The translations under genes and the position numbers were made by a program. A stretch of 64,000 nt of DNA from Macrostomum hystrix. Lineage: Eukaryota; Animalia; Platyhelminthes. Numbering within the stretch: the first letter of the stretch is position 1; the number at the start of each line of letters is the position of its first letter. Below the pieces are notes generated by a model that saw only the letters and a program-made list of their open reading frames with translations, made no database searches and was not told the origin of the DNA. Shown piece by piece: positions 38,953 through 50,733 of the stretch. The DNA lies in the NCBI GenBank assembly GCA_950097015.1, contig CATNEN010000002.1:6448001-6512000 (forward strand), given 5' to 3'.

Positions 38953-39520
38953 CAATCTCTCACCTGTCATTAAACCCGTGGCTTAGTACAAAAGCAGTCA
39001 CCCAGTCTGTTAAAAATGTGGGCATGAAGCAGCAGCTGTCAGTGCATGCACCCGACTGTGCTCAGGGCGGTGAGAAGTTTCCCAACAAGCCTCGCGTGGC
39101 TCCCGTCTCACCTGAATTTTGTGTCGAGCAGAGCTGCTATTCTGCAATCCTTGAGCTGCTTAGCCGTGATGAGCTACCGCGCGTGCCTCTGTGATAATTC
39201 CGACGACAATTTTTGTCTCGTGAGCTCCACAGTGCTCGACAGGCTGTGCTCAGGTCCCGGGCTTGACTCAAAGAAACTGTCCGCGTGTAACAAACCTATC
39301 GATCAGGGATGGGATCAGTATCCTAAGGAGTGGGGATTCATGCCAAGTCATGGGGATTCATGTCTGGCTGAGACAAAGCCCGACCCCAGTCAGGCTCGGC
39401 GGTCTATGATTGGCTAGAGGCCTGAAATCGATGCGTTTTCTGAACCTCTCGATTTCAATCCAGTTTCGTGTGTGATTTGAGAAAGTCGAACAATGAATAT
39501 GCTTTTTAACACACTGACAT

Positions 39521-42229
39521 GTCCGTAGCCGCCTTCCAGCCGCACCGAAATTTTAAATGAGTGCCCCAGGTGTAATTTTAATAAAAATAAATCACACATG
39601 CTCTTAATTTATTGCCCCAAAACATGTTTCGCATGGTCGATGCTGTTTCTATGAAAATCTGACAGTGAAAGTTGGCTTTAGGGCGGCTGAAGGGCGGCTG
39701 GAAGGGGGCTAGAGAATATTGCTCTGTATTGGCGCAGTAAAATTGTGCCCCAAATGGAAAAAAAATTGAATGAAGTCTTAACTTTAATATGCACAATAAA
39801 CTTTGGTTGATTGGCTTTTATTTATTAGAGAAGTGTGACCTTTAGTTTGAAATTCAGCATTCCAATAGGTAAAAGCGTGCCCCAACCATTTTCTTGACTA
39901 ACGGCTAATGCCCCAATGCGGTAAAAAGAAGCAGGGTCAAAATTTTACTGTATATGTAAATTTCTGTACATGCCCCACAATTTCCAAATGAGTGGCGAAG
40001 TGAAATAACTTGATTGTCACTCAGACACCAGTCATTACGACTTACAGTTGAGATTACGACTTTGCAATCGTAAAAAATAAATTCTAACTTGTTGCAAAGC
40101 TTGAGCAACGTGCTCGATCTGATGCAGACCTATATGGCTATATGTCACGTTTTAATTTTAGTTTTCCTAGTTTCTAGTTTTCAGGTTTTAATACCAGTTT
40201 TCACCGACAAGTTTTTAAACTTATCAGAATGTAACTGCCCCACAGACTGTTTAATTGGCAGCAAAAATTAAGAGCTCTTAGTCTTAGTCTTGTTACAAAT
40301 ATATAATTTATATCACTCATGCATAATTTATATCACTCATGCAGGTCATGGACCAATACTAATAGACTAATGGACCAATTCATAAATTACTATCAATGTG
40401 ACAATGCCCATGTTGATAGATATGTAATTGTATGTGTCCTTTAGAAATATTAAAAACTGGCATGACAATTGTCACTTTAAGATTGTAATCAAATCACTCA
40501 ATATATTATATAATCTATATCTATGCCTATGTATATTAACACTCAGTAATAATAATATTTCAAACAATAATAGCTAGCTATGGCTATATATACAGAATTC
40601 TACATATGCACCTTCTTATGAATTATGTCAGGACATATGACTCAAATTTATTCAGGATATGATGCATGCAACTAGAGGAGCTTTATATTAAATCCAACTT
40701 TATTGTCACTTTTCTAAACAATTAACAAAGTAATAATAATACTAGGCCTAATAGCTAGACTAGCTATTGATATTAAAAAATACAAAAGTCTAGTAGCTAT
40801 TTACAATCTATTTTCTATTTTCTATTTCTATTCTATTTACAAGTTAGGCCTTGATGCCTTACAAGCTAAGTATTACCATTAGCTTCGATATAGTTAGAAC
40901 GCTTCTCTTTTACTCATTCCTAGCTAACTAACTTGGAAAAAATAAGTTCAATAGGCAAAACTTTTAGTCTTTTTTTAATTAATATACATATTGCTATGGC
41001 ACATTTTTAATACACTTGTTTGAGTTACAGGTCTGGAATGTAATATATTCTTTAAATCAATAACAAAAATAATTGTATCAATCTCCAAATTATATTTGAT
41101 AGATAACTCATATTCACAAAATCTGTCTCTGTGTATAATATACACTCGACATCAAGTGCTTCCATGTTAGTTTCACTCGTGCCTTTTAAGTTTTATATCT
41201 CAGTAATGTATATCATATAAACATGATAATTCATGTTTTTCAAGTTTCTTCTCAATATCTGCTAGTTCCACTCATGTCCTTTCATATCTGAGTAATGTAT
41301 ATCATATAAACATGATAATTCATGTTTTTCAAGTTTCTTCTCAATATCTGCTACTTCCACTCATGTCCTTTCATATCTGAGTAATGTATATCATATAAAC
41401 ATGATAATTCATGTTTTTCAAGTTTCTTCTCAATATCTGCTACTTCCACTCATGTCCTTTCATATCTGAGTAATGTATATCATATAAACATGATAATTCA
41501 TGTTTTTCAAGTTTCTTCTCAATATCTGCTACTTCCACTCATGTCCTTTCATATCTGAGTAATGTATATTATATAAACATGATAATTCATGTTTTTCAAG
41601 TTTCTTGTCAATATCTGCTAGTTCCACTCATGTCCTTTCATATCTGAGTAATGTATATCATATAAACATGATAATTCATGTTTTTCAAGTTTCTTCTCAA
41701 TATCTGCTAGTTCCACTCATGTCCTTTCATATCTGAGTAATGTATATCATATAAACATGATAATTCATGTTTTTCAAGTTTCTTGTCAATATCTGCTACT
41801 TCCACTCATGTCCTTTCATATCTGAGTAATGTATATCATATAAACATGATAATTCATGTTTTTCAAGTTTCTTGTCAATATCTGCTACTTCCACTCATGT
41901 CCTTTCATATCTGAGTAATGTATATCATATAAACATGATAATTCATGTTTTTCAAGTTTCTTCTCAATATCTGCTAGTTCCACTCATGTCCTTTCATATC
42001 TGAGTAATGTATATCATATAAACATGATAATTCATGTTTTTCAAGTTTCTTGTCAATATCTGCTAGTTCCACTCATGTCCTTTCATATCTGAGTAATGTA
42101 TATCATATAAACATGATAATTCATGTTTTTCAAGTTTCTTCTCACTATCTGCTACTTCCACTCATGTCCTTTCATATCTGAGTAATGTATATCATATAAA
42201 CATGATAATTCATGTTTTTCAAGTTTCTT
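39521..42229 (+). repeat. Left terminal inverted arm (~2.71 kb) including 12 x 89-bp units (~41195-42270)
   Basis: Reverse complement of 48293-50733; ACATGATAAT recurs every 89 bp from 41221 to 42200. Confidence 0.95.
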
Positions 42230-42496
42230 CTTAATAGCTGCTAGTTCCACTCATGTCCTTTCATATCTGCGTAATAATTCATGGTTTTCCTGTTTTTTCT
42301 TATCTTCAATGCTAGGATTCACTTAACCAAGTCCAGTATTTGCTTAGTAGAGTTTGTTTAAGTAAGAAAAAGTAAAGTAAATAAGAGTGTACACTTGTCT
42401 TTTATGTCACTATATTTCTGTCAACGCTTTGAAGTTATTTTCGATGTTATGGATGCATGTTTTTGCATGTAATAAAAGTTATATAATTTATTTCAG

Positions 42497-43459
42497 GCTT
42501 TCATTAACGATCCTTTTTCGGTCTTTGAGCAAAAAGGAGAACTGCCCTTACCCTTTCCCGACAGGGAAGTGGTCGTCGGCATCAGACTAACAGCGACTTG
42601 TGTTCGTGTAGCTGCTCAGATCCTAAACATTCCACTGTCCGGTTCTCTACTTCGAAGGGCTCATGGAACGAATGTCAATTATATTTCGGAAAATGGTTTA
42701 GCTCTGGCCTACCGTGATGGTGTAGCAATTTTTCGACATAGAAAAAAATCATCGAATTGTCACCAAGACCATTCCAAGCGAGCGAAAGCGGCTGCTGCCG
42801 GAAAGGAGTGGTTGAAACATAATGGTTGGAAGTTGGAAGAAGAGAGTTCGCAGCTTTCAGCTGTGATTGCAAAGCAGCATGTAACAAAGGCACTTGATCA
42901 TCTGGAGTTGGCTGTATCCGTAGGTCCTGATGAAATACGTAGTATAATTAAAATATCTGTTGCGTGTGTGCATCAGGTAAAAAATGTGATTGATTCTGCT
43001 CAATTGTCTACTGCGAGGGGAGCAGAATTTGAGCAGGGAGAGTCAGAAGTGGAAAAGCAGCGAGAAATGGAGAAGCAGCGAGGACTGGAGCAGCAGCAAG
43101 AGCAGGAGAAGCAGCGAGAACTGGAGAAGCAGCGAGAACTAGAGAAGCATCGAGAACTGGAGAAGCAGCAAGAGCAGGAGAAGCATCGAGAACTGGAGAA
43201 GCAGCGAGAACTGGAGAAGCATCGAGAACTGGAGAAGCAGCGAGAACTGGAGAAGCAGCAAGAGCAGGAGAAGCATCGAGAACTGGAGAAGCAGCGAGAA
43301 CTGGAGAAGCAGCAAGAGCAGAAGCAGCGAGAGCAATTATCTTTATCGAGAAAGCGATCGGCAAAATTTGTGAACGCTGACAAGAAAGACGGAAATACGT
43401 CAGCCAAAATAAGTCGCACAAGTAGGCCTTTGCGCCCAAGACAAAAGTTCATCAACTAA
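42497..43459 (+). CDS. Transposon accessory ORF2: possible Bro-N-like N-terminus plus E/K/Q/R coiled-coil repeats and basic tail; start exon not resolved
   Basis: Acceptor tttatttcag at 42496 opens a 321-codon frame; repeats based on GAGAAGCAGCGAGAACTG. Confidence 0.6.
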   Translation, partial: AFINDPFSVFEQKGELPLPFPDREVVVGIRLTATCVRVAAQILNIPLSGSLLRRAHGTNVNYISENGLALAYRDGVAIFRHRKKSSNCHQDHSKRAKAAAAGKEWLKHNGWKLEEESSQLSAVIAKQHVTKALDHLELAVSVGPDEIRSIIKISVACVHQVKNVIDSAQLSTARGAEFEQGESEVEKQREMEKQRGLEQQQEQEKQRELEKQRELEKHRELEKQQEQEKHRELEKQRELEKHRELEKQRELEKQQEQEKHRELEKQRELEKQQEQKQREQLSLSRKRSAKFVNADKKDGNTSAKISRTSRPLRPRQKFIN

Positions 43460-44478
43460 ACTTATGTTGCTAATTGCAGGGACGAGAATAATTTGATGAT
43501 TTTTGCGAACTTGATGAATGCGCTTTTGTGCAATCGAAACTTGTGAATTTAACTCAATAGCTCAATGTCAATTAAGGGATGTACTCCTTATGCTTCATGT
43601 TTATGCGTACGAGTTGCCATACGATCTTACGCAGGAGATAGCGGACCCCTGATACCAATAGTACTACACTTTTTTATTTAGCTTTCGCTTTGATGTGTTT
43701 TGATATACGAGCGTACAATGTTTGACGACTTGATCGTAAGGTGAAATGTTTAACCGTGTGAGCTCTCCATTATTATATTCTATTCTATTCTATAGTACTC
43801 GTATATTATGTTTATGACTACTGACAAAACGAATAAACGAGTCGGACCGTCAAAATCTGATTGGAAAATATTCAGAACCGGAACTTGAATTTATCTTATG
43901 AACTTGCCTTATGCATTTGGGCCCGATGGTAAGTTCAATAATGATCAACACCTTGGGCATACAAGGTAAAACAATACATACAAGGCGCACGAGCGTACTA
44001 CATTGCTATTTAATAAAAAAGATAGTAAAATCAGGCGCTATCAAGCACAATAAAGCCTTCCTATCCTAAGAAGTCATGCCAACGGATTCATAGTCAGTTA
44101 AAAGGTTAATCGATTAATGTGCAGAATGTTTCGTGTGCACCCTGACTAATCAATCCTGTTTATAAGAGATATTAAAAATATTGTAGGAACCGATGATCTA
44201 GTGGCAACGACAAACTACTTAACAAAACGATAACTGGATTAGTAGGATTAGTAGCCGCAAAAATTATGATACATATCTGGGTCATTTATATAGAAAAGAA
44301 AGTAAAAGCAGTGATGTGACGAAAAGAATAAGAAAAGGCGCAGAGACAAAGACATTTTGCCATTTAAGCAGGGTGCGGCGGGAAGACGCCTTCATGTGGG
44401 TGCATGGTATGACATCAGACATGAGTAGGCACTGGTAAAGCGAAAACCCGTAGCTTATCCAAGCACTAGCGAACATAT

Positions 44479-47400
44479 TTAAAACAAAGCGTACATCGCC
44501 AGGTTTAGGCGACCTACATTTCGTTGCCGTCGCAGCGCACCACTGGTAGTCCCGAGGTCGTCATAGTTTAGGACGCTACCATCGTCAGAATGTATAGTTG
44601 CTACCCAGTGCGCACGCTCTGCTTGAAAGTATGTCGAGCAGAACAGTCTGTATCTATAAAAAATTTAGTTTTACGTAACATAATGATACATTTAATTTAA
44701 TAAACAAGTTACTTATTGAACAAAAATTAGTGTCTATTTCTAGTAAAGTCAATATCTAGAACCGCAAATGTGTTCTCCGTCTGACAGCATAAAAATTGTA
44801 CTCGTAGCTTTACTCGGACTACTCAACGCTTTAGGGACTACGGCCTTACAGGTACCCTTGATATTTTTTACCAATAAGTAAAATAATAGTTATCGACAGT
44901 GTATATAAAAACTACAAGTACTTGACACTTCCTTTTTCGGGTCCAGCACAGCAGCCCTGCATTAGCTAGGTGACACAAGTAATCAGACGATAGAAGAGTA
45001 CATATATAGAGTGCAAGAACTCACCGAGCAGGGCTGTTTCGAAAGGGAGTTACCTCTCGTTCTCCCAACGAGACTCGAACAGTTCTATCGACAGAGTCGG
45101 GTACAGCAACAACAAGCAGCGGAGGCAATTCTGAGGAGTACGTCGGTGGCAATACATCTCGCAAACTGTTGCAGTGGCAGCATTCCCGAACGCCAGACTC
45201 ACGGAAAACAGTGCAGATAAAGCTGTAGGGTGACTCGATTGGCCCTTCCTCGTGTTGGATTACAAGCCCAGAAAAAAATGATTCCAGTTGTCGATGGCGG
45301 CAGGCATCGTTGCGGCAGATGCTTCTTATCAGGAATAAATGGCTATTTCCAAGTAACTCCAGAACTATGTCCAGTTCGCTGCTTTCGAGATTTCCGTCAA
45401 CGATGCTGCTACCGTTTCGCCGCCAACGCAGAAAGCCTTTGCGCCAGAATGACTCTGTTTGTACTATCAGTGTAGCACGGGCATGCATGGCTTCTTGATC
45501 GGTGCGGCTAGCGGTAGCTTCTCTGCAGTACCGGCCTAGCCGATGAAGATCTTGAAGTCGAGACGCCAAAATGGCTTCACGGAATGTCTCGCGATCTCTA
45601 TATGCAAATGCAATACCAGTGAGGAACCCATCAACAGTACAAGTGTTGTGCAGCATTACTGTTACGAGTTTCCCATTAAAAGGTACACTGGTCGAGCGGC
45701 CACCATTTTTTAGAAGAGTAAATTGTTCCTGTGCATGATTTGTTAGGTCTCGAAGGAGAACACGCGTCGTAGCTGCAGTGTAGCGTCCTGAAGTGACCCT
45801 TCGTTTTTTATTAACTACCTCGGAGCTCAGCGAAGTTTCTTCAGTCGCTTCGTGGTCATTTAGCATTGATGTGAAAGGGTTCCTGAAAGAACAGGAGCCC
45901 TGTAAGTTAGAAATACGAGCATCGCCATCGATTTCAGGCTGATCGGGGTGACTGGAACTGGGATTCTCTGACTGCTCGTCGGTGTGACTAGAAGTCTCTG
46001 GCTGCTCAGGGTGACTGGAACTGGAGTTCTCTGACTGCTCGTCGGTGTGACTAGAAGTCTCTGGCTGCTCAGGGTGACTGGAACTGGAGTTCTCTGACTG
46101 CTCGTCGGCGGTGTGACTGGAAGTCTCTGGAAGTTCCATAAAGATCCGATGCAACCCCTGCAGGAACCGACTTTGGTTAGCCAAGAAGTTCCTCATGGAG
46201 CTGTCCCGACCCCCGTGAAGCAGGTTTTTAACGATATTCATCCAGAGCTCCGTGTGGCCTTCCGTGAATCCCTCAGCGTCACGAGAAACACTTTTGAATG
46301 CACCGCTATTGGACGCAGCATATCTCACGGGATCCAGCATGATACCGCACCAAAGTGGCAGGTATGGCATCACAACATTGGTAAGTTTACCAGCGAGACT
46401 GGGGCAGTAGTACGGATTCGGATCTGGTGTCAGTTCACTCTCACTTTGAACAACTTGTGCTTCGGCACTAGCTTTCACCTCATTGTGCAATGCATCCGCT
46501 AGATGGAAGAATGGCGAAGCTCTCTTCAATGTCGTATCCGGCATTACGTACATGAAACTTTCGGGTGGAACGAAAACTCCGTCTTCAAGTTGATCTGCAG
46601 CGGCTGCGTGCAGAAGAGCGAGTGACGAGTCGACACTCCTCCGGGATGGGCAAAGCAGAAGCCGTAGAAAGCTTTTGTACACTTGCTGTACCTGGTGCAA
46701 GCTGGTGCATCGTAGCAAGGCACCGAAGAAATGCTTCCAACCATTCCTGGCTTCCGGATTCCTGCAATTCGCCACATCAGGCCAATCACAAAACTCGCGC
46801 ATGATATGGCTCCGGCCGAAGCCGATCAACGTAAATTTCTGCAGTTCTTGATAGCTTAATTTAAACGATAGAACGGCATAGCAGTGCCGCAGAAAAGGAA
46901 TGATTTCCATCCCGTGAATGCCCATAAGGAGAGCCCGCAAAGTAGGCAAATTAAAATCGAGGGTGACCTGAGCCACGCGAAGATTTTTTACTGATAATCT
47001 TGCTGCCGTGATCCAGGAGTCAAATACAAACTTTAAAGTTGTTCCCGTCTGCGAAGACGATAAAAGTTCCATAACGGCAACGGGTTGCGCTCCAGTTTGA
47101 GGATGACGCAGTACCACAGCGTGGTAGTAAACATCCTTCTGCTGACTGTCTTTGGGTTTTGAAATAGGCGCTCCGGTTGAATCCATGCCCAGTACGATTG
47201 GCTTACTGTTCGCTTGCATCGAACGCAACACTTCAAAAGCACTGTTCAACCAAAGAGGCACGAATTGGGGTTCCGATGCGCCAAATTGCACACAGACATT
47301 CCTTGCGTAAGCAGGTTGCATGCTCTGTCCTTGAATAATAAGATCCAGCAGAGTATCAGACGACTGCCGGTCCTGATGTCGTTGCCTACTCGCAGCAATT

Positions 47401-48195
47401 CGTAGTACATTAGGAGATGGCAACAACCGAGTGTCCTCATCTGCTGCGATTTCTGCCCTTACCCGCGTGGCACTTGAAGAGCAAACTCTTTTGGCCAATT
47501 CAATACGTCGCTCCCCACATAGAGGACGTGCCTTGGTAGCATGCTTAGTAGGATTCGTTTTGACTTCAAGCGAACAGAGCAACCTGTTTCCAGAGTGGAG
47601 CACTTTCAAACGGAATAGGCCAGTGCAACCATCAACATTGCAGTAAACATCTGCAGATATGTAGCCTGCATTGTGCTTATGCCTGCGCATACACAGGGTG
47701 CACTTAAGTGATGAAGAGAACGACAGAAGAACATAGTCGTGCCAGCTCTTTTTCAGATTGCCACTACCATCGAAAACGTGGTCAATGTCAACGAAGCTTT
47801 GGTGTAATTGCGTTTCAGCTGTTGTACTGCTGGAAGACCTGAAATCAAAACGAAGAAGGCGAAATTATAGATGACTATGTATAAGAAAAGCCAAAGTAAG
47901 AGCGCATCAAAAAAAGCAATACTTACGCTGTATTGCTCGGTATCTCACTCAAAGAATATCCGGTGATGACAGCCTGAACTTCAGCGATGATATTGCTTCT
48001 TCTGAATTTGTCATAGAGCCATCTGCGACTTGATTCGTTAGTGCCATCAAGACCAAGTAAATCAGCAAGTCTCTGAAGTATGCCATTCGCATTACGCCAA
48101 GTAGGAATCCCAGCGGAAAACTCAGCAACATCAACCTGACCAGATACAATGACCTTCTTGATGTCTTCCAGGGTCACTGAGCTAGTGAAATTCAT
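44479..48195 (-). CDS. NOF-like MULE transposase fused to a USP-like peptidase, ~1085 aa; exons 48195-47927, 47838-45025, 44653-44479
   Basis: MDSTG (D, 47181-3), YYHAVV, TLDFN (D, 46956-8), GRSH at the CxxH position, NPYYCP, YLPLWCG, HTELWMNIVK (E, 46248-50); NTCTVD Cys box; AHWVATI..YDD His box; two phase-2 gtaagt/gtgagt introns give 3258 nt in frame. Confidence 0.85.
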
Positions 48196-48292
48196 GGTAA
48201 GTGACAATATCGACAATCACTTGAAAGGCCTGAAATGGAATAATCATAGAGGCTTTGTTTGCATCCTTGAGTGCTAATATGATACACATCAT

Positions 48293-50733
48293 AGAAACTT
48301 GAAAAACATGAATTATCATGTTTATATGATACACATTACTCAGATATGAAAGGACATGAGTGGAACTAGCAGATATTGACAAGAAACTTGAAAAACATGA
48401 ATTATCATGTTTATATGATATACATTACTCAGATATGAAAGGACATGAGTGGAAGTAGCAGATATTGACAAGAAACTTGAAAAACATGAATTATCATGTT
48501 TATATGATATACATTACTCAGATATGAAAGGACATGAGTGGAACTAGCAGATATTGAGAAGAAACTTGAAAAACATGAATTATCATGTTTATATGATATA
48601 CATTACTCAGATATGAAAGGACATGAGTGGAACTAGCAGATATTGACAAGAAACTTGAAAAACATGAATTATCATGTTTATATAATATACATTACTCAGA
48701 TATGAAAGGACATGAGTGGAAGTAGCAGATATTGAGAAGAAACTTGAAAAACATGAATTATCATGTTTATATGATATACATTACTCAGATATGAAAGGAC
48801 ATGAGTGGAAGTAGCAGATATTGAGAAGAAACTTGAAAAACATGAATTATCATGTTTATATGATATACATTACTCAGATATGAAAGGACATGAGTGGAAG
48901 TAGCAGATATTGAGAAGAAACTTGAAAAACATGAATTATCATGTTTATATGATATACATTACTCAGATATGAAAGGACATGAGTGGAACTAGCAGATATT
49001 GAGAAGAAACTTGAAAAACATGAATTATCATGTTTATATGATATACATTACTGAGATATAAAACTTAAAAGGCACGAGTGAAACTAACATGGAAGCACTT
49101 GATGTCGAGTGTATATTATACACAGAGACAGATTTTGTGAATATGAGTTATCTATCAAATATAATTTGGAGATTGATACAATTATTTTTGTTATTGATTT
49201 AAAGAATATATTACATTCCAGACCTGTAACTCAAACAAGTGTATTAAAAATGTGCCATAGCAATATGTATATTAATTAAAAAAAGACTAAAAGTTTTGCC
49301 TATTGAACTTATTTTTTCCAAGTTAGTTAGCTAGGAATGAGTAAAAGAGAAGCGTTCTAACTATATCGAAGCTAATGGTAATACTTAGCTTGTAAGGCAT
49401 CAAGGCCTAACTTGTAAATAGAATAGAAATAGAAAATAGAAAATAGATTGTAAATAGCTACTAGACTTTTGTATTTTTTAATATCAATAGCTAGTCTAGC
49501 TATTAGGCCTAGTATTATTATTACTTTGTTAATTGTTTAGAAAAGTGACAATAAAGTTGGATTTAATATAAAGCTCCTCTAGTTGCATGCATCATATCCT
49601 GAATAAATTTGAGTCATATGTCCTGACATAATTCATAAGAAGGTGCATATGTAGAATTCTGTATATATAGCCATAGCTAGCTATTATTGTTTGAAATATT
49701 ATTATTACTGAGTGTTAATATACATAGGCATAGATATAGATTATATAATATATTGAGTGATTTGATTACAATCTTAAAGTGACAATTGTCATGCCAGTTT
49801 TTAATATTTCTAAAGGACACATACAATTACATATCTATCAACATGGGCATTGTCACATTGATAGTAATTTATGAATTGGTCCATTAGTCTATTAGTATTG
49901 GTCCATGACCTGCATGAGTGATATAAATTATGCATGAGTGATATAAATTATATATTTGTAACAAGACTAAGACTAAGAGCTCTTAATTTTTGCTGCCAAT
50001 TAAACAGTCTGTGGGGCAGTTACATTCTGATAAGTTTAAAAACTTGTCGGTGAAAACTGGTATTAAAACCTGAAAACTAGAAACTAGGAAAACTAAAATT
50101 AAAACGTGACATATAGCCATATAGGTCTGCATCAGATCGAGCACGTTGCTCAAGCTTTGCAACAAGTTAGAATTTATTTTTTACGATTGCAAAGTCGTAA
50201 TCTCAACTGTAAGTCGTAATGACTGGTGTCTGAGTGACAATCAAGTTATTTCACTTCGCCACTCATTTGGAAATTGTGGGGCATGTACAGAAATTTACAT
50301 ATACAGTAAAATTTTGACCCTGCTTCTTTTTACCGCATTGGGGCATTAGCCGTTAGTCAAGAAAATGGTTGGGGCACGCTTTTACCTATTGGAATGCTGA
50401 ATTTCAAACTAAAGGTCACACTTCTCTAATAAATAAAAGCCAATCAACCAAAGTTTATTGTGCATATTAAAGTTAAGACTTGCATCTAATTTTTTTCCAT
50501 TTGGGGCACAATTTTACTGCGCCAATACAGAGCAATATTCTCTAGCCCCCTTCCAGCCGCCCTTCAGCCGCCCTAAAGCCAACTTTCACTGTCAGATTTT
50601 CATAGAAACAGCATCGACCATGCGAAACATGTTTTGGGGCAATAAATTAAGAGCATGTGTGATTTATTTTTATTAAAATTACATCTGGGGCACTTATTTA
50701 AAATTTCGGTGCGGCTGGAAGGCGGCTACGGAC
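48293..50733 (-). repeat. Right terminal inverted arm (~2.44 kb) including 9 x 89-bp units (48293-~49060)
   Basis: ATTATCATGT recurs every 89 bp from 48312 to 49024. Confidence 0.95.

Larger units (their letters stand above)
39521..50733. mobile_element. Foldback/NOF-like Mutator-superfamily DNA transposon, 11.2 kb
   Basis: Giant inverted arms containing tandem arrays; internal DDE transposase and convergent ORF2; no TSD found. Confidence 0.85.

Noticed and set aside
39578-40271. Identical short ORFs repeated at 49983-50676
   Set aside because: Consequence of the inverted arms, not genes
41195-42270. 89-bp array as CRISPR or free satellite
   Set aside because: No spacers; mirrored inside the transposon arms
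39521-50733. Polinton/Maverick or Helitron interpretation
   Set aside because: No protein-primed polymerase, integrase, capsid or Rep/helicase motifs; DDE motifs fit MULE/NOF
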